DNA from: Octopus vulgaris | Lineage: Eukaryota | Assembly: GCA_951406725.2 (NCBI GenBank) | Contig: OX597822.1 | Coordinates: 58,714,001 to 58,778,000, forward strand | DNA length: 64,000 bases | Direction of reading: 5' to 3' | Part shown: positions 25,126-38,233 of the stretch, in pieces | Numbering within the stretch: the stretch's first letter is position 1 | How the letters are laid out: each line of letters opens with the position of its first letter | The notes under the pieces: model-generated | Told to the model about the DNA's origin: nothing | Databases searched by the model: none | What the model saw: the letters and a program-made list of their open reading frames with translations, nothing else | Position numbers and translations under genes: made by a program

Positions 25126-25255
25126 CTTTCTGCTGAAGAGCGTAGGCTCGAAACGTAAAAGACTTTCTCTCCTTCTCTAGCGTCAAACTAATATACCTGC
25201 TTGTTGTTCATACACATGACTTGGTTCTTTGCTTTTCTATAAATTTCAACTATAT
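25126..25255 (+). mobile_element. Penelope pLTR-like fragment with minimal hammerhead-like motif (family C)
   Basis: cttt-ctgctga-agagcgtaggctc-gaaacgta-aaag; homologous to 37444-37580; ends at (TA)n. Confidence 0.55.
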
Positions 25256-25348
25256 ATATATGATTTTGATTTTTGATTTTTCCAGTTTCAGCTAATGAGC
25301 TGTGGCCATGCTGGGGCACCGCCATTTGGTTTGCTACACGATTTTACC

Positions 25349-25400
<52 letters not shown>

Positions 25401-25679
25401 GAGATAACCCAAATTTTTATTGGGGGTGAGATAACCAAAAAGTACCAAACATTAACTTTCAAAATAATTTTCGAAATGAAATTCATTTATTAATTTCCCT
25501 TCATTAATAGGTATAGGACGTAAACACAAAACCTTGCGGGCTCGCCCGCGCGCGCACACACACACACTCAAACGCACTACAGATCTTTGATAACTGAGAA
25601 AGTTTTTAGCCAATATTGGCTACGTCACATCTAGCTTAATAGCATTGCCTGGTGGGTAGTCTTTTAAGTCATGTTTTAA

Positions 25680-25975
25680 GACATTATATCCCATTGAAGC
25701 AGGAAATAGTTTACTGAGATCTAACCAGGTGTTGGTGGTTTGTCTTGTATTTCTTGGAGGAATTTGTTCAGATACCATCTGAATGTCTCGGGGTTTTACT
25801 CTTCGTTGATATCTTCCGGAATAATGTTGAATAAAGCAGGATCGGTTGCAGTTAGAAAGTTGTCGCAAAGGTTTTATATGATATCAGCTCGATCTTTGTA
25901 GATGGTATATGGCTCTAGGAGCAAATTCAGGTGACATGTGAACTTGATACCGGCATCATTTGGATAGTATTGATG
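25680..25975 (-). pseudogene. CR1/L2-type LINE 3' remnant
   Basis: PALFNIIPEDINEE*NPETFRWYLNKFLQEI..KPPTPG resembles the LINE ORF2 C-terminus at 38014-38230. Confidence 0.6.
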
Positions 25976-26661
25976 GAATATTTCCATCGACTTTGCCTTT
26001 CATCCTTTCGGGGGTCGATAAATCAAGTACCAATGAAACACTGGGATCTATGTAATCGACTAGTCCCGTCCCCACAAATTTGAGGCCTTGTGCTTCCAGT
26101 AGAAAGGATTATTATTATTATGAAGAAGAAGAAGAAGGCGAGCTAGCAGAAACGTTAGCACGTCGGGCGAAATGCTTAGCAGTATTTCGTCTGCCGTTAC
26201 ATTCGGAGTTCAAATTCCGCCGAGGTCGACTTTGCCTTTCATCCTTTCGGGGTCGATAAATTAAGTACCAGTTACACACTAGACTCGATATAATTGACTT
26301 AATCCGTTTGTCTATCCTTGTTTGTCCCCTCTGTGTTTAGCCCCTTGTGGGTAGTAAAGAAATGGGTATTTCGTCTGGTGCTACGTTCTGAGTTCAAATT
26401 CCGCCGTGGTCGACTTTACCTTTCATGGTCGATTAAATAAGTACCAGTTACGCACTGGGGTCGATATAATCGACTTTATCCGTTTGTCCTCTCTGTGTTT
26501 AGCTCCTTGTGGGTAGTAAAGAAATAGATATTTCGTCTGCCGTTATGTTCTGAGTTCAAATTCCGCCGAGGTCGACTTTACCTTTCATCCATTCGAGGTC
26601 GATCTAATCGACTGCACCCTCCCACCCACCCAAAAAATTTCGGGCCTTGCGCCTAGAGTAG

Positions 26662-26705
<44 letters not shown>

Positions 26706-27199
26706 GGCGGTGAGCTGGCAGAATCGTTAGCTCGCCGGGCAAAATGTTTAGCAGTATTTCGTCTACCGTTACGTTCTTAGTTCAAATTCCGCCGAGGTCG
26801 ACTTTGCCTTCCATTCTTTCGGGGTCGATAAATTAAATACCAGTTGAGCACTGATGTTGATATAATCGACGCATTCCCTCCCCCAAAATGGCTGCCTTTG
26901 AGGCAAAAATTGAAACTATTATTATTATTATTATTATTATTGTTATTGATCTCAGTGGTGTTTCAATTCTCAAAATATTTTGTTTTGCATACAGAGATCA
27001 TAGTGGACAGTCATATTCGAGATCTCATGACTAGAAATTTCTAAGGATTCATGAGCATATTCTGCAGGTCACATTGATTTTATTGTTGATGTGTGCATTC
27101 TGGTTTAGGTTGTTGTCCACACTTACACATAATCCACTGATATTATTTGACGCTACGAGGCGCTTATACCCAAGGGAAAAGTTTATGGCTCCTTAAATA

Positions 27200-28420
27200 T
27201 TGGGTAATCCCATGAATAATGCGGTTTTTTCAATTGCATAAATTAAAAGTCAGAGGGGACAGGATAAACTACCTGCATCAACTTGCTATAAAAGCAGGTA
27301 GTAATTTTACCTTATACTTATTCTTAGTGCAAGTTTTGAAGAGTGCAGTTCGATTTTAACAGTTATTTTTCCAAAACTATAATGGAAGTGACAAAGGAGC
27401 ATATTCGGCTTGTTTTGCTTCATGGGTTCAATAAAGGCAACAACGCAACGGAAAGTGCGAGGAATATTAATGCAGTATATGGGGATCGAACAATAAGTGG
27501 TTCTAGAAATTCCGAGCCGGAAACTACAGCCTAGAAGACAAGCCTCATCCTGGAAGATCTGTAGAGCTCGACGAGGGCGTCCTGCAAACCCTGGTAGAAC
27601 AAAATCCCATCGTAACTGCTGAAGAACTAGCAGAGAAGCTTGGATTTGGTCATTCAACCATTTAGTGACACCTGCGTGTCATCGGAACGTCAGCAAATAG
27701 GGTCAATGGGTTCCTCACAAACTTTCCATGTCTAATTGCACGCAGAGAGTGAATGTGTGCTCTTTGCTGTCACGTCTCACGAATGAACCTTTTTTTGAAC
27801 CGAATAGTGACTGGTGACGAGAAATGGGTTCTCTGTAAAAATGTCAAGCGCCGAAGACAGTGTGTAGGGAAAGGAGGAACACCGGCACCCCGGCTAAAGA
27901 AGGTCTGCACTCACGTAAGGTGTTGTTATCTGTCTGGTGGGATATGAAGGGTTTAGTCCACTTTGAACTTTTAAACCCAAACAAAACTATAGAAAATGAG
28001 ATCTACTGCGAACAGCTTGAGCGGCTCAAGTCAGCGCTAGAAGAAAAACGACCATCTTTGGTGTTCTTCCATCAAGTGAGGATGACATTCCAAAGGCTGG
28101 AGCAGTTTGAATGAGAAATGATGCCCCACCCACCATATTCGCCGGACATTGCCCTATCTGATTATCAATTATCAGTCTTCAAAATCAATTGAACAGAAAA
28201 AAATATGAATTCTGTAGACGAGGTCAGAACAGTACTGGAGGAGTATTTTTCGTCACGGACAAGTGAATTTTGGAAGAGGGGCCGTGCAAATCTACTAAAT
28301 AGATGGAAGAGCATTGTAGAAAATGAAGGAGAGTGTATTTTAGATTAAAATAGAACTTTATCTGAATTTTGAAAAATAAAAGAAGTATAAAAAAACCGCA
28401 TTATTTATGGGATGACCCAA
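27200..28420 (+). mobile_element. Near full-length decayed mariner element
   Basis: TIRs ttgggtaatcccatgaataatgcggtttttt / aaaaaaccgcattatttatgggatgacccaa, TA TSD; transposase 27382-28348 with WVPHKL, IVTGDEKWV, HPPYSPDIALSDY; disrupted. Confidence 0.95.
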
Positions 28421-29541
28421 TATAGTCTCTTTCCCAAAGTGGATGAATTTGAATTTTTTCTTGTTTATCAGTATGTTTTATTTTTCGCCGAATCACAGCA
28501 TATAGATTGGATCGGAATTCTCGATCGATTCATGGAACATCTTCGAAAGCCAGAGCAATACCATTCTCTCAGTGGAATTGCTTCCCCTCCTTTTTTTATT
28601 TTTTCTTATTTTTTTTTCCTCCTATTTCCCCACTATCTGAAGAAGGGTAATGTCCAAAACGTTGTAAAAAATTATAGTCATCCACTCTTTCCATTTTTCC
28701 AAGAGTCACGTTAATGGAGCATTCCACGTAATTGTAAACGAAACTTGAAAGGTGGTGCCAATCCTGAAAATTTAGTTCCTAAATATGTACGGAAAAGTCG
28801 ACATTAAAACGATGATGTTGTATCAACACACACATCCTTTTATCTTTTACTTGTTTCAATCATTAGACTGCGGCTTTGCAGGGGCAGCGACCTCTGTACT
28901 TAATTTTTCTATCGATCCCTATTTGTCAAACTGCCAAGTTACAGAGATGTAAACAAACCAACACCGGCTGTTAATCAGTGGGTGGTGGAAATATATGTGT
29001 GTGTATAAATACGTTAGGCTTCTTTCAGTTTCCGCCTAGCAAGTCCACTCATAAGGCATTATTCGGTCCAGGGCTATAGCAGAAGACACTTGCCTAATTT
29101 TCTGCGCATTGGGACTGAACCGGAACTGTGTGGTTGGGAAGCAAACTTCTTCTTACCACACACACACACACATATATGTTCTTGAGCAAGACATTTTATT
29201 TCACGTTGCTGCAGTTCACTCAGCTGTAGAAATGAGTTTCGACGTCACAGGTGCCAAGCTGTATCGGCCTTTGCTTTTCCCTTCGATAATATCGGTGGCG
29301 TGGAGAGAGGAGGCTGGTATTCCATAAACAACCTTGCCTGGGCTTGTGCCTCGAAGGGTAACTTTCTAGGTACAATCTGATGGTCATTCATGGCAGAAGT
29401 GGTGGTGGTGGGTCCTCTATACACACACATATATATACTTTTTCCTCGAGAGCTTATATGCTCTATTATCAGACCATTTTCTTCGGTCATTGCGAGGCGA
29501 TCGCTTATAAGCTTTAAGCTTATAAAATAGTATTATTATCA

Positions 29542-29938
29542 GGTACTATTTTAAAAGAGTGGTCCCGGTGCGTGCACTCGCGTTAGCTAGTCGATCCTAC
29601 AACGACTACCTAGCGCGAGTGCGCGTATGCAAATGTTCATACAAATTCGGTTGAAAGTTATTAGAAGAACGTAAAAAGACATTTTAAGGGTATGATGGGG
29701 GTACCAAAAACAGGTAGTGTGTTATTTTTATTTAATTTGTTTTTAAAAAATTTACGTTGTTTAGAAAAAAAAAAATTATTTACTTTGTTTTAAACAAAAT
29801 TTATTTACTTTTTGTAAAAAAATTATTATTTTGTTTAAAAAAAACATCTGTTAATTTGCATTCGCGCTAAATAGTCGTTGTAGGATCGACTAGCTAGCGC
29901 AGATGCGCACACCAGGACTACTTTTCTTAAATAGTACC
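29542..29938. mobile_element. Merlin-like MITE, same family as 1897-2189
   Basis: GGTACTATT...AATAGTACC termini, perfect 9-bp TSD TTATTATCA. Confidence 0.85.
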
Positions 29939-30861
29939 TTATTATCATTATTTACAGATTTGTAAAAAAATCGCCGCTGCTTACCAAAAACCATCGCAGA
30001 TACACACACACACACATGTGCGCGCGTGCATGTGTTGCTATCGAATAGATCTATGATCAAAGCATTCCAGCTATTACCATAGATCTGCTTTATTAGCTTA
30101 ACACAATTCTTGGCCAGGGCACTGCTTCTCAAATTATATTATCCAATGTCATTTTGAAATTGACAGGGCGTGATTTGAGGGAGATTTGGCTGCTACTTCC
30201 AGCAAGTCGAGCGGTCAGGTGAAAACCGCTTCAGCAGTAATTGTCAGTGAGCAACTTCATCGAAATCTATTTAGCGAAAGCTAGCGCGTCTGCTATCAAG
30301 TTGCTGTATGGTCACGAAATAGAGTGATCTCCCTTACATTGATATCTTCTAGTTTTGAAACTTAATAGCTGACAACATGCGATTAATAGTAATAACAAAT
30401 ATTTTACACAGAAAGACATTCACAGCAAACACGGAAAACTTGAAAGTTGACTGTAGCAGGTTGAAAACAAATGCTACTAAGTATTCAGTTAGTCTTTAAA
30501 AGCATAGGACGACCGGCTGTAACGTCAATAAGGAGTACGAACATCACACTATCGTTTCACTCAGATGGAGACAAGCAAAGAAGTCGGATACAGTGAGTAC
30601 ACCTGCGTACACACATAATAGCCTTCCATAGTTTCTGTCTACCAATTCCACAAAAGCTTGGTCCGTCTGGTCCCATAACAGAAGATACTTGCTCAAGATA
30701 CAGCACAACAAGACTGTCCCTGAAACTACAGACTGTGAACTTCTTAACTGTCTGCACCTATTATATCAATTTACATTTAGCCAGACAGTCAGGATGACCA
30801 CCAGAATAACAATACAGCATTAGTTATGAATATATGAAGAGCTTACTTCCAAAACTGGATA

Positions 30862-31384
30862 CCGTAAATCCTCAAGTATAGTCTGCCCTTGAGTATAATA
30901 CGCAGGGGATTTTTAGGGGGCTGTACCTCTGAAAAACCTAAACCATGTGTATAATACGCACCCCTTCTCTAACTTGAGTCGCGTGTAATTAAGCCAGCAG
31001 CGCCTAGTTGAACAAACACTTCCATGCATGCACAATACAATAATGGTGATGTTCTTAACTGTTATATGGGAATATAAGTATGTTTGCAAATTGTTTTTTT
31101 TTTACATGTTATTGTGTGTTCTGAATACTTTTATTTTAATAAATGTTGCTTACTGCAAGTAATGGATGATTCTTTTATGACTTCATTGCTTTCAGGCTTA
31201 TCTTAAGGTATTTTTGCACCTGACATCACCAAATTCATCTGAATAAACATTGCCGGACAGCAAATAGTGACTCGGACATTGCTTAGAAAATAATTTTCAT
31301 TCTTAACCTCGTATATAGTACGCACTGGGGATTTTGACCTTTAAATTTTGGGAAAAAATGCAGATTATACTCGAGGATTTACGG
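30862..31384. mobile_element. pogo/Tc2-like MITE; partial inverted copy at ~21610-22006
   Basis: ccgtaaatcctcaagtata / tatactcgaggatttacgg TIRs, TA TSD. Confidence 0.85.
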
Positions 31385-32402
31385 TATATGCATTGGAACG
31401 ACTTTTGCGTAACTGTTTAAAACAACAACTTGAATAAATCTGATTTTGATTAAAAGACTAAGATTCGCCTACTGTCTGTATGGCATCTATCCCAGTTTGA
31501 CTAAAAAAAATTTTACGTGCGTGAATCCATCAGTTTGCAGATTGTGTTTTAATGGTTATGAAATTGACCAAATATGCACTTATACCAGTTTTGAAAGTAA
31601 GCTCCTCATATGATATACAGTCGTAGTCACACCGTGCAGTAAAATGATCATTGAAATTTTGTAACTATTCCCATTCCCACTCACTTGTGGCGGGGTCTCT
31701 TGTTTTGCGAGTTAAGGATCTTGATGAACCATCCTACTTAATAGCTGGGATGGACTACTGGGATGTGCTGTTTATCTTGATATGTCGCACACATACAGTT
31801 GTGATGCATGTGCTTGGTATACCCTTATCAGACAGGTAGTCATGATGGGTATACTGGGCTTCGTATATTTTACCCCAGTGTCAGTAAGGTGTAAAGGTAA
31901 AGACTCCCTTCAGTCATGAAATGCCATGTGATTGCACCTAGAAGGTTCCCTTCTGAGGCACAAATCTGGGCAAGGTTGTTTATGGAAGACCAGCAGCTGC
32001 CCATGCATACCAGTCTCCCCACTTCACACCAGCTAATCTTCTGTATTAAAGCCTTGCAGGTCAATCAATAGCTTGTGAGTGAAATTGGTAGATCAAAATT
32101 GAAAAATAGTTCATAACTAAGTCCATGTTGTTTGAGGTCAAGATGATTATTACCTTGTTTGGAAAAAGGTGAGTGTTGGTGACAGGAAGGGCATCCAGAC
32201 ATAGGAAATCTGTCTCAGTGAATTCTGCCTATCACATACAAGCAAGGCATGACTGTTTGGTAACAAACTTGCTTCCCAACCACATGGTTCTGGGTTAAGT
32301 CCCACTGTATGACACCTTGGGCAAGTGTCTTCTGCTATAACCTTGGGCTGACCAAAGCCTTGTGAATGGATTTGGTAGGTGGAAACTGAAAGAAGCTTGT
32401 TG

Positions 32403-32435
<33 letters not shown>

Positions 32436-33099
32436 ATGTGTGTGTGTGTGTCCCCCCCCCTCCACCATCACTTGACAACTGGTGCTGGTGTGTTTATGTC
32501 CCCAGAACTTAACGGTTCTGCAAAAGAGACTGACAGAATAAGTACTAGGCTTACAAAGAATAAAACCCTTTTAAGGCAGTGCTCCAGTCAAATGACTGAA
32601 ACAAGTAGAAGAATAAAAAAGAATTAAAATGATGATGATGAAAACTACATACAAAGTTTGATACATTTATTTTCAATATATATTGATTTCTCTCTCTCTC
32701 TCTCTCAAACACACTTTTATAAACACCTTGATACATAAACATTCATGCATGAATCAATAAAGAAGCTTCCTCATGGTCATTTGATTTGCTGGAAATATCA
32801 GCCAAATTTTTCTCACACCAGATCCTACTATCTTAGATAAAAAAACAACAACATATATTTGATAATGTAGTTCACAATACACTATGTCAGAATAATAAAA
32901 GATGGGCTGGTTATAGCTGGAATACTTTTGACCATGGGTTCGCTAGAGTAAGACTTACCTTAAACTAAACAACAATAATATTCACATATTCAAAAACACA
33001 AACACACAACTATATGATATTTAGATGTAGCTGTAACTCAAAACACAAACTTATGAATTTATCTCGTCGTGCACAGGTACACATACGCAGACACTGCCA

Positions 33100-33231
33100 C
33101 TAAAGCACCAAGGTTCTAAAGGAGACTTGTTCACAGTTGTATTGAGAATCTGGTAACCAATAACAATGTAACAGAGTAGAGCCGGCTGACCATTTTCCCA
33201 TCAAATGCTGCAGGACTTGATGATGATATGA
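33100..33231 (-). CDS. TPR-like gene, probable last coding exon (phase 0, to TAG)
   Basis: Acceptor tttttcttacag; SYHHQVLQHLMGKWSAGSTLLHCYWLPDSQYNCEQVSFRTLVL*. Confidence 0.55.
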   Translation of the reverse strand, partial: SYHHQVLQHLMGKWSAGSTLLHCYWLPDSQYNCEQVSFRTLVL

Positions 33232-34629
33232 CTGTAAGAAAAAAAAGTAACAAAAGTATAAATAATAATAAAAAAAAGTCCCTTTGACATCTCATCACTA
33301 CAATATTAATGTTCTTCCCAACTTGCTTCCCAACTACATGGTTCTGGGTCAAGTCCCACTGTATGACACCTTGGGCAAGTGTCTTCTGCTATAACCTTGG
33401 GCTGACCAAAGCCTTGTGAGTGGATTTGGTAGGTGGAAACTGAAAGAAGATTGTTGTTGTATATGTGTGTGTGTGTTTATGTCCCCGGAACTAAACAGTT
33501 CTGCAAAATAGACTGACAGAATAGGTACTAGGCTTACAAAGAATAAAACCCTTTAAGGCACTTCAGCTTTTCAGCTACTTCCACCCACCCTTATAAAATG
33601 CTGGGTATTTTCTTTATAGCAAGACATCTGTGCTTGTCTCTCTCTGTTATGCTGAAGCCTCTCAACATATGACATAAAGTCACCATCCCTTCTCAAATAC
33701 TCCCCAACTTAATGAAGGTGAGAGGCTTTATTCCTTGTTTTGTTTTAGTTTTCTTTTTATCTTGCAAGCTACTTAGCAACCTCACTAGTGCCAGTGGCAT
33801 GAAAAAGTGCACTCAATACACACAATAAAGCAGTTGGTGTTAGGAAGGACATCAAGCCATAGAGACCATGTCAAATCAGCCACTGGAGCTCAACAAAGCC
33901 CTGCAGCTCTCCAGATGGTTTCAAGCTGTCCAATTCATGCCAGTATGGAAAAACAGACATTAAATGATGATGATGATGATGATCTAAAAGACAAAATCAT
34001 CTCCCATGTCATGTTTAACGAAATATTGCTATTGTTTTCTATTTTAATTGTTTCATCAATGAGTGAACACAGGACCAATGACCCTTTACAAGGTCTCTGA
34101 GACTAATGAAGTGGGGAGGCAAGAAAGATATCCTCAAACCAGAAACTTGACCCAACTGCTTGTGAGTGAATGGACTACTACTAAAGGTAAGCTGGGATAA
34201 TGTGTAGAGTACCAGACATCATTACACTATAAATAGTTTACTGTTGAGTACAGCACTGTAGATAGAGTACAGTAAAGCACTGCACTATATATAAGTGTAG
34301 AGTACTACATTATGGTGGAGGCATGTGTCTTGGTGTTTAGGGAGTTGCACTCAGGATGGTAAGATTGTGGTTTCAATTCCTGGCCTGAGCGATGCATTGT
34401 GTTCTTGAGCAAAACACTTCATTTCATGTTGTTCCAGCTCACTCAAGTGGCAAAAATGAGTATTCCTGTGATGAAAAGACATCTTGTCCAGTGGGTGGGG
34501 GAATACATACACCACAGAATCCAGGAAACCAGGTTTATGAGCCTACGTCTTGGGAAAGACCTTTGAGCCATTTGTTTTACCACACTATAGATAAATTACT
34601 AAAGATACATTATAGTAAACCATATTATG

Positions 34630-34935
34630 TGGAGGCGCAATGGCCCAGTGGTTAGGGCAGCGGACTCGCGGTGGGAGGATCGTGGTTTCGATTCCTAGAC
34701 TGGGTGTTGTGTATGTTTATTGAGCGAAAACACCTAAAACTCTATGAGGCTCCAGCAGGGGGTGGTGGCGACCCGTTGTACTCTTTCATGCCAACTTTCT
34801 CTCTTTCTTCCTGTTTCTTGACTAATGCTGCGATGGACTGGCGTCCCATCCAGCTGGGGAGGAACACATACGCCATAGAAACTGGGAAACTGGGCCCATG
34901 AGCCTGGCTAGGTTTGAAAAGGGTGCATAAATAAA
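34630..34935 (+). mobile_element. tRNA-derived SINE family 3 with 14-bp TSD
   Basis: taaaccatattatg on both sides; A-box tggcccagtgg, B-box ggtttcgattcc, (ATAA)n tail. Confidence 0.85.
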
Positions 34936-35457
34936 TAAACCATATTATGGATAAATGTAGAATACCACCAAATAGACAGTTTACAGTGAAGTATGACACT
35001 GTAGATAAATGCAGAGTACTATACTATAGAGTACAATAGAGCAAGGTAACCAAAGGGGGTCCAAGGGATCACCTAGGGGTTGGCGAGTAATTATAGGGGA
35101 TCGATGATGGTCAAGGGGTCGGCGTGTGAAAGACCAGCTCACCCAGATGAACTGCTTGAAATACTTAGTCACCAATTTCACTCACAAGCTATTGGTTGAC
35201 CTGCAAGGCTTTAATACAGAACATTAGCTGACAATGTTCAAGGAAGGGGACCAAACCCCTAAACCATGCAGTTCTGAAGCAAACTTCTGAACTACACGGC
35301 TACACCTGCACAGAACCATCTTAACAGCATTATAAACCCTGGGAAGTTCAGGCACTGGGCCCTATAGTATATATTTATTGACAGCAAACTACAGCATATA
35401 TTGATCAGAATTTGACCCTTAATGTCTTAAGACAGCACTATGCCTAGATCTACTCAC

Positions 35458-35513
35458 ATTGATGTAAATTTCAATAAAAATTTTTTTTCCAGCAATATGA
35501 TGCATTTTTCTAA
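35458..35513 (-). CDS. TPR-like gene exon (56 bp, phase 1 to 0)
   Basis: cttccacag| ... |gtgagt; (V)RKMHHIAGKKIFIEIYIN; phases join the 36700 and 33231 exons. Confidence 0.55.
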
Positions 35514-36699
35514 CTGTGGAAGCAATTTCATAAAAATTGAAAGTTTAATACTGTATACTCATACATGTAGTTTTAAAGGTAAAAAGTGAGACATCTTCAA
35601 TAGAATTTCTTGATATTCATGTATATTTTAGCTAACATTTTAATTGCCAGCATCAATACTTGGTATGCACTTAAGATATGGTATGGTAGGGCAGGGCATT
35701 CAGATATTTTGAATGAGAAGGGTGGTCGATGAAAATTGAGAAGTGGCTAAAGGGGGTTGACACAGAAGGAGAAGTGGCTAAAGTGGGTCAATGGTTGAAA
35801 AAGTTTGGTAACCCCTGCAATAGAGGATTAAACATAAGACTATAAATACTTTACAGCAAGGGGAGAAAAAAAAAAGGGCCTGTAATATATTGATTTCAAA
35901 TATTGGTATAAAGCCTGCAATATATAACCAACCATCAACTGTGCAAATAGAAATGACATATGATTCATAAATTACATATTTCTGTGATGATTTATTATTG
36001 GTTGGCAGATATCAGCTTACATCAGCAAATATATCATCATCATTTGTTGAAGTTATAAAGAAGCACCACAATCACTTGTTAAATTCATTAGTCTGGGGTT
36101 CTCTTGATTGATGAGACAAAATAATGTCGAAACATCAGGTGTCCCAATGTTCCCTTATGTTAATGAAATGAGTGTGTTATGAATGCAAATTTGTGTGAAA
36201 GGAGAAGTTATTCTCCAATGACAAAACACAACACTGATTTGCATATTCATTTCTGAATTTAGCAAAACATATTAAGAATGAATACGCAAGCCATTGTATT
36301 TTCATATTATTTATGCAGAATTTTCATAATAGTTATATATCATTTACAAACAATATATGTTACTTCCATAATATTTACACAGACAATGCATTATTTAATT
36401 ATCATTTATGTACAATTTGCATAATATCTATGTACTACTTACATTTTACATGTACAAATTCCATATCATTTGTGTTATCTCCATAATATCTATGCATTAC
36501 ATACTATAATTATTTGTGTTGTTTATGTATTTATGTTGTTTATTATCCAGAGATAACACAATGCCATAATGACTTACAACAAGTGTATGTGTGTATGAGA
36601 GAGAGAGAGAGAGAGGAAGGGAGGGAGAGAGTGAGTAACAAACACTAGCAAAATGAAACTTATGAAAAATGATATATTTGATAATATCAAACCACTGAC

Positions 36700-36842
36700 C
36701 TTTTATTTTGTGATTAGGATCCATAAGATCAAACTTAGGGAAGTCGTTATTTGCAGGATAACATTTACAATGTATTGTGTTCATTATTTTCTTCTCATCC
36801 TTTAAATGTTTTAGAATGCAATCTTTGGACTCCATGATTTGG
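36700..36842 (-). CDS. TPR-like gene exon (143 bp, phase 2 to 1)
   Basis: ttttattccag| ... |gtcagt; QIMESKDCILKHLKDEKKIMNTIHCKCYPANNDFPKFDLMDPNHKIK. Confidence 0.75.
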
Positions 36843-37299
36843 CTGGAATAAAAGTATATCTTCAGTTAACAGAAAAGACATCGACATTATCAGCATTTTA
36901 ACGTCATCTTTTTATGCTTGCATAGGTTGGATGAAGTTTATCGAGGCAGATTTTTCTATGGATGGATGCTCTTCCTGCTGCTAACCATCACCATTTCCAA
37001 ACGAGGTAATATTTCTCCATGGCCAGACATGTTCTTGCAGAATATTGGAAATGAATGGACACTGCTTATTTGACAGTGACAACCATTTTACAACTATCAT
37101 GTGATATTAAAACAAAGAAACACAAACATCTAAATCTATATATATATATACACATATATGTGTATATGTATATATGTATATGTATCTATGTGTATATATA
37201 TATATGTGTGTGTGTATATATATATACACCCTTATACATACTAATACATACACCAACCCTATACATACACACATCCAGACCCCTCCTACGCACTATTAG

Positions 37300-37580
37300 C
37301 TGGTCCCTCAACCCTATTATCTCCCCTTATTTCGCTCTCGCGTCTCATGTTTGATCTTTGACCTCTGGCCGAAATCAGATCGCCATTCGTTACTGCACGC
37401 ATTTTTTTCTCTCCTTCTTTCTGTGTTTTTTTCTCTCTGTGTATCTTTCTGTTGAAGAGCGTAGGCTCGAAACGTTAAAGACTTGTTTTATTTATATTTC
37501 CTGAGCGCCATACTAATACAATTGTTTGTTTGTTTTCCACCTGCCTTCGTCTTTTGTTTATTTTCATAAAGCTTCCCGTT
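37300..37580 (+). mobile_element. Penelope pLTR-like fragment (family C) with minimal hammerhead-like motif at 37444-37481; inverted fragment at ~17263-17330
   Basis: tcttt-ctgttga-agagcgtaggctc-gaaacgtt-aaaga; ends at (TA)n. Confidence 0.6.
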
Positions 37581-37581
37581 A

Positions 37582-37627
<46 letters not shown>

Positions 37628-37631
<4 letters not shown>

Positions 37632-38233
37632 GGACCTGGGTATCGACATGAGTTATGATACCTCTTTCCAAGTGCATATTACCAGGATGGCGACAAAGTG
37701 CAGACGACTGGCTGGCTGGATCCTGAGAACATTCAGAACCAGAGATATGGAAACCATGATGGTCCTCTGGTGGACATTCGTTCTCAGTCACCTGGATTAC
37801 AGCTCCCAGCTATGGTCACTCAACAGTGTGAAATTAACAGCGGGCCTTGAAGCAATCCAGAGAAGATTCACAAAGAAGATCGTCTCTTTGCAACAGCTCA
37901 GCTACTGGTAAAGGCTGAAGGCGGGAGAGGTATGCAGTAATATACATCTGGAAGATCCTGGAAGGAATTGTGCCAAATTTTGGCACTGAAAGCTACACCA
38001 ATGCTAGAATGGGATGACACTGCATAGCACCAAAATACCAGCAATGCCATCACGCTTCAGGACCAGTTACTGCAACAGGCTGGGTTTCAAGGGCCCACAG
38101 CTTTTTAATATTCTCCCGAAGAGCCTGAGGAACCTGCACAAACTAGATGTAGGCGTTTTTAAATCAAAACTGGACCTCTTCCTGTTGAGAGTCCCAGATG
38201 AACCTACGTCACAGCAAGAGGTGCAAATGAGGG
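37628..38233 (+). pseudogene. CR1/L2-clade LINE ORF2 3' fragment
   Basis: RDLGI, LDYSSQLWS, LEAIQRRFTKKI, GPQLFNILPKSLRN, FKSKLDLFL..VPDEP. Confidence 0.88.

Noticed and set aside
34073-34186. Plus-strand exon candidate ending AAG|GTAAGC
   Set aside because: Weak acceptor, no partner exons, unrecognisable peptide
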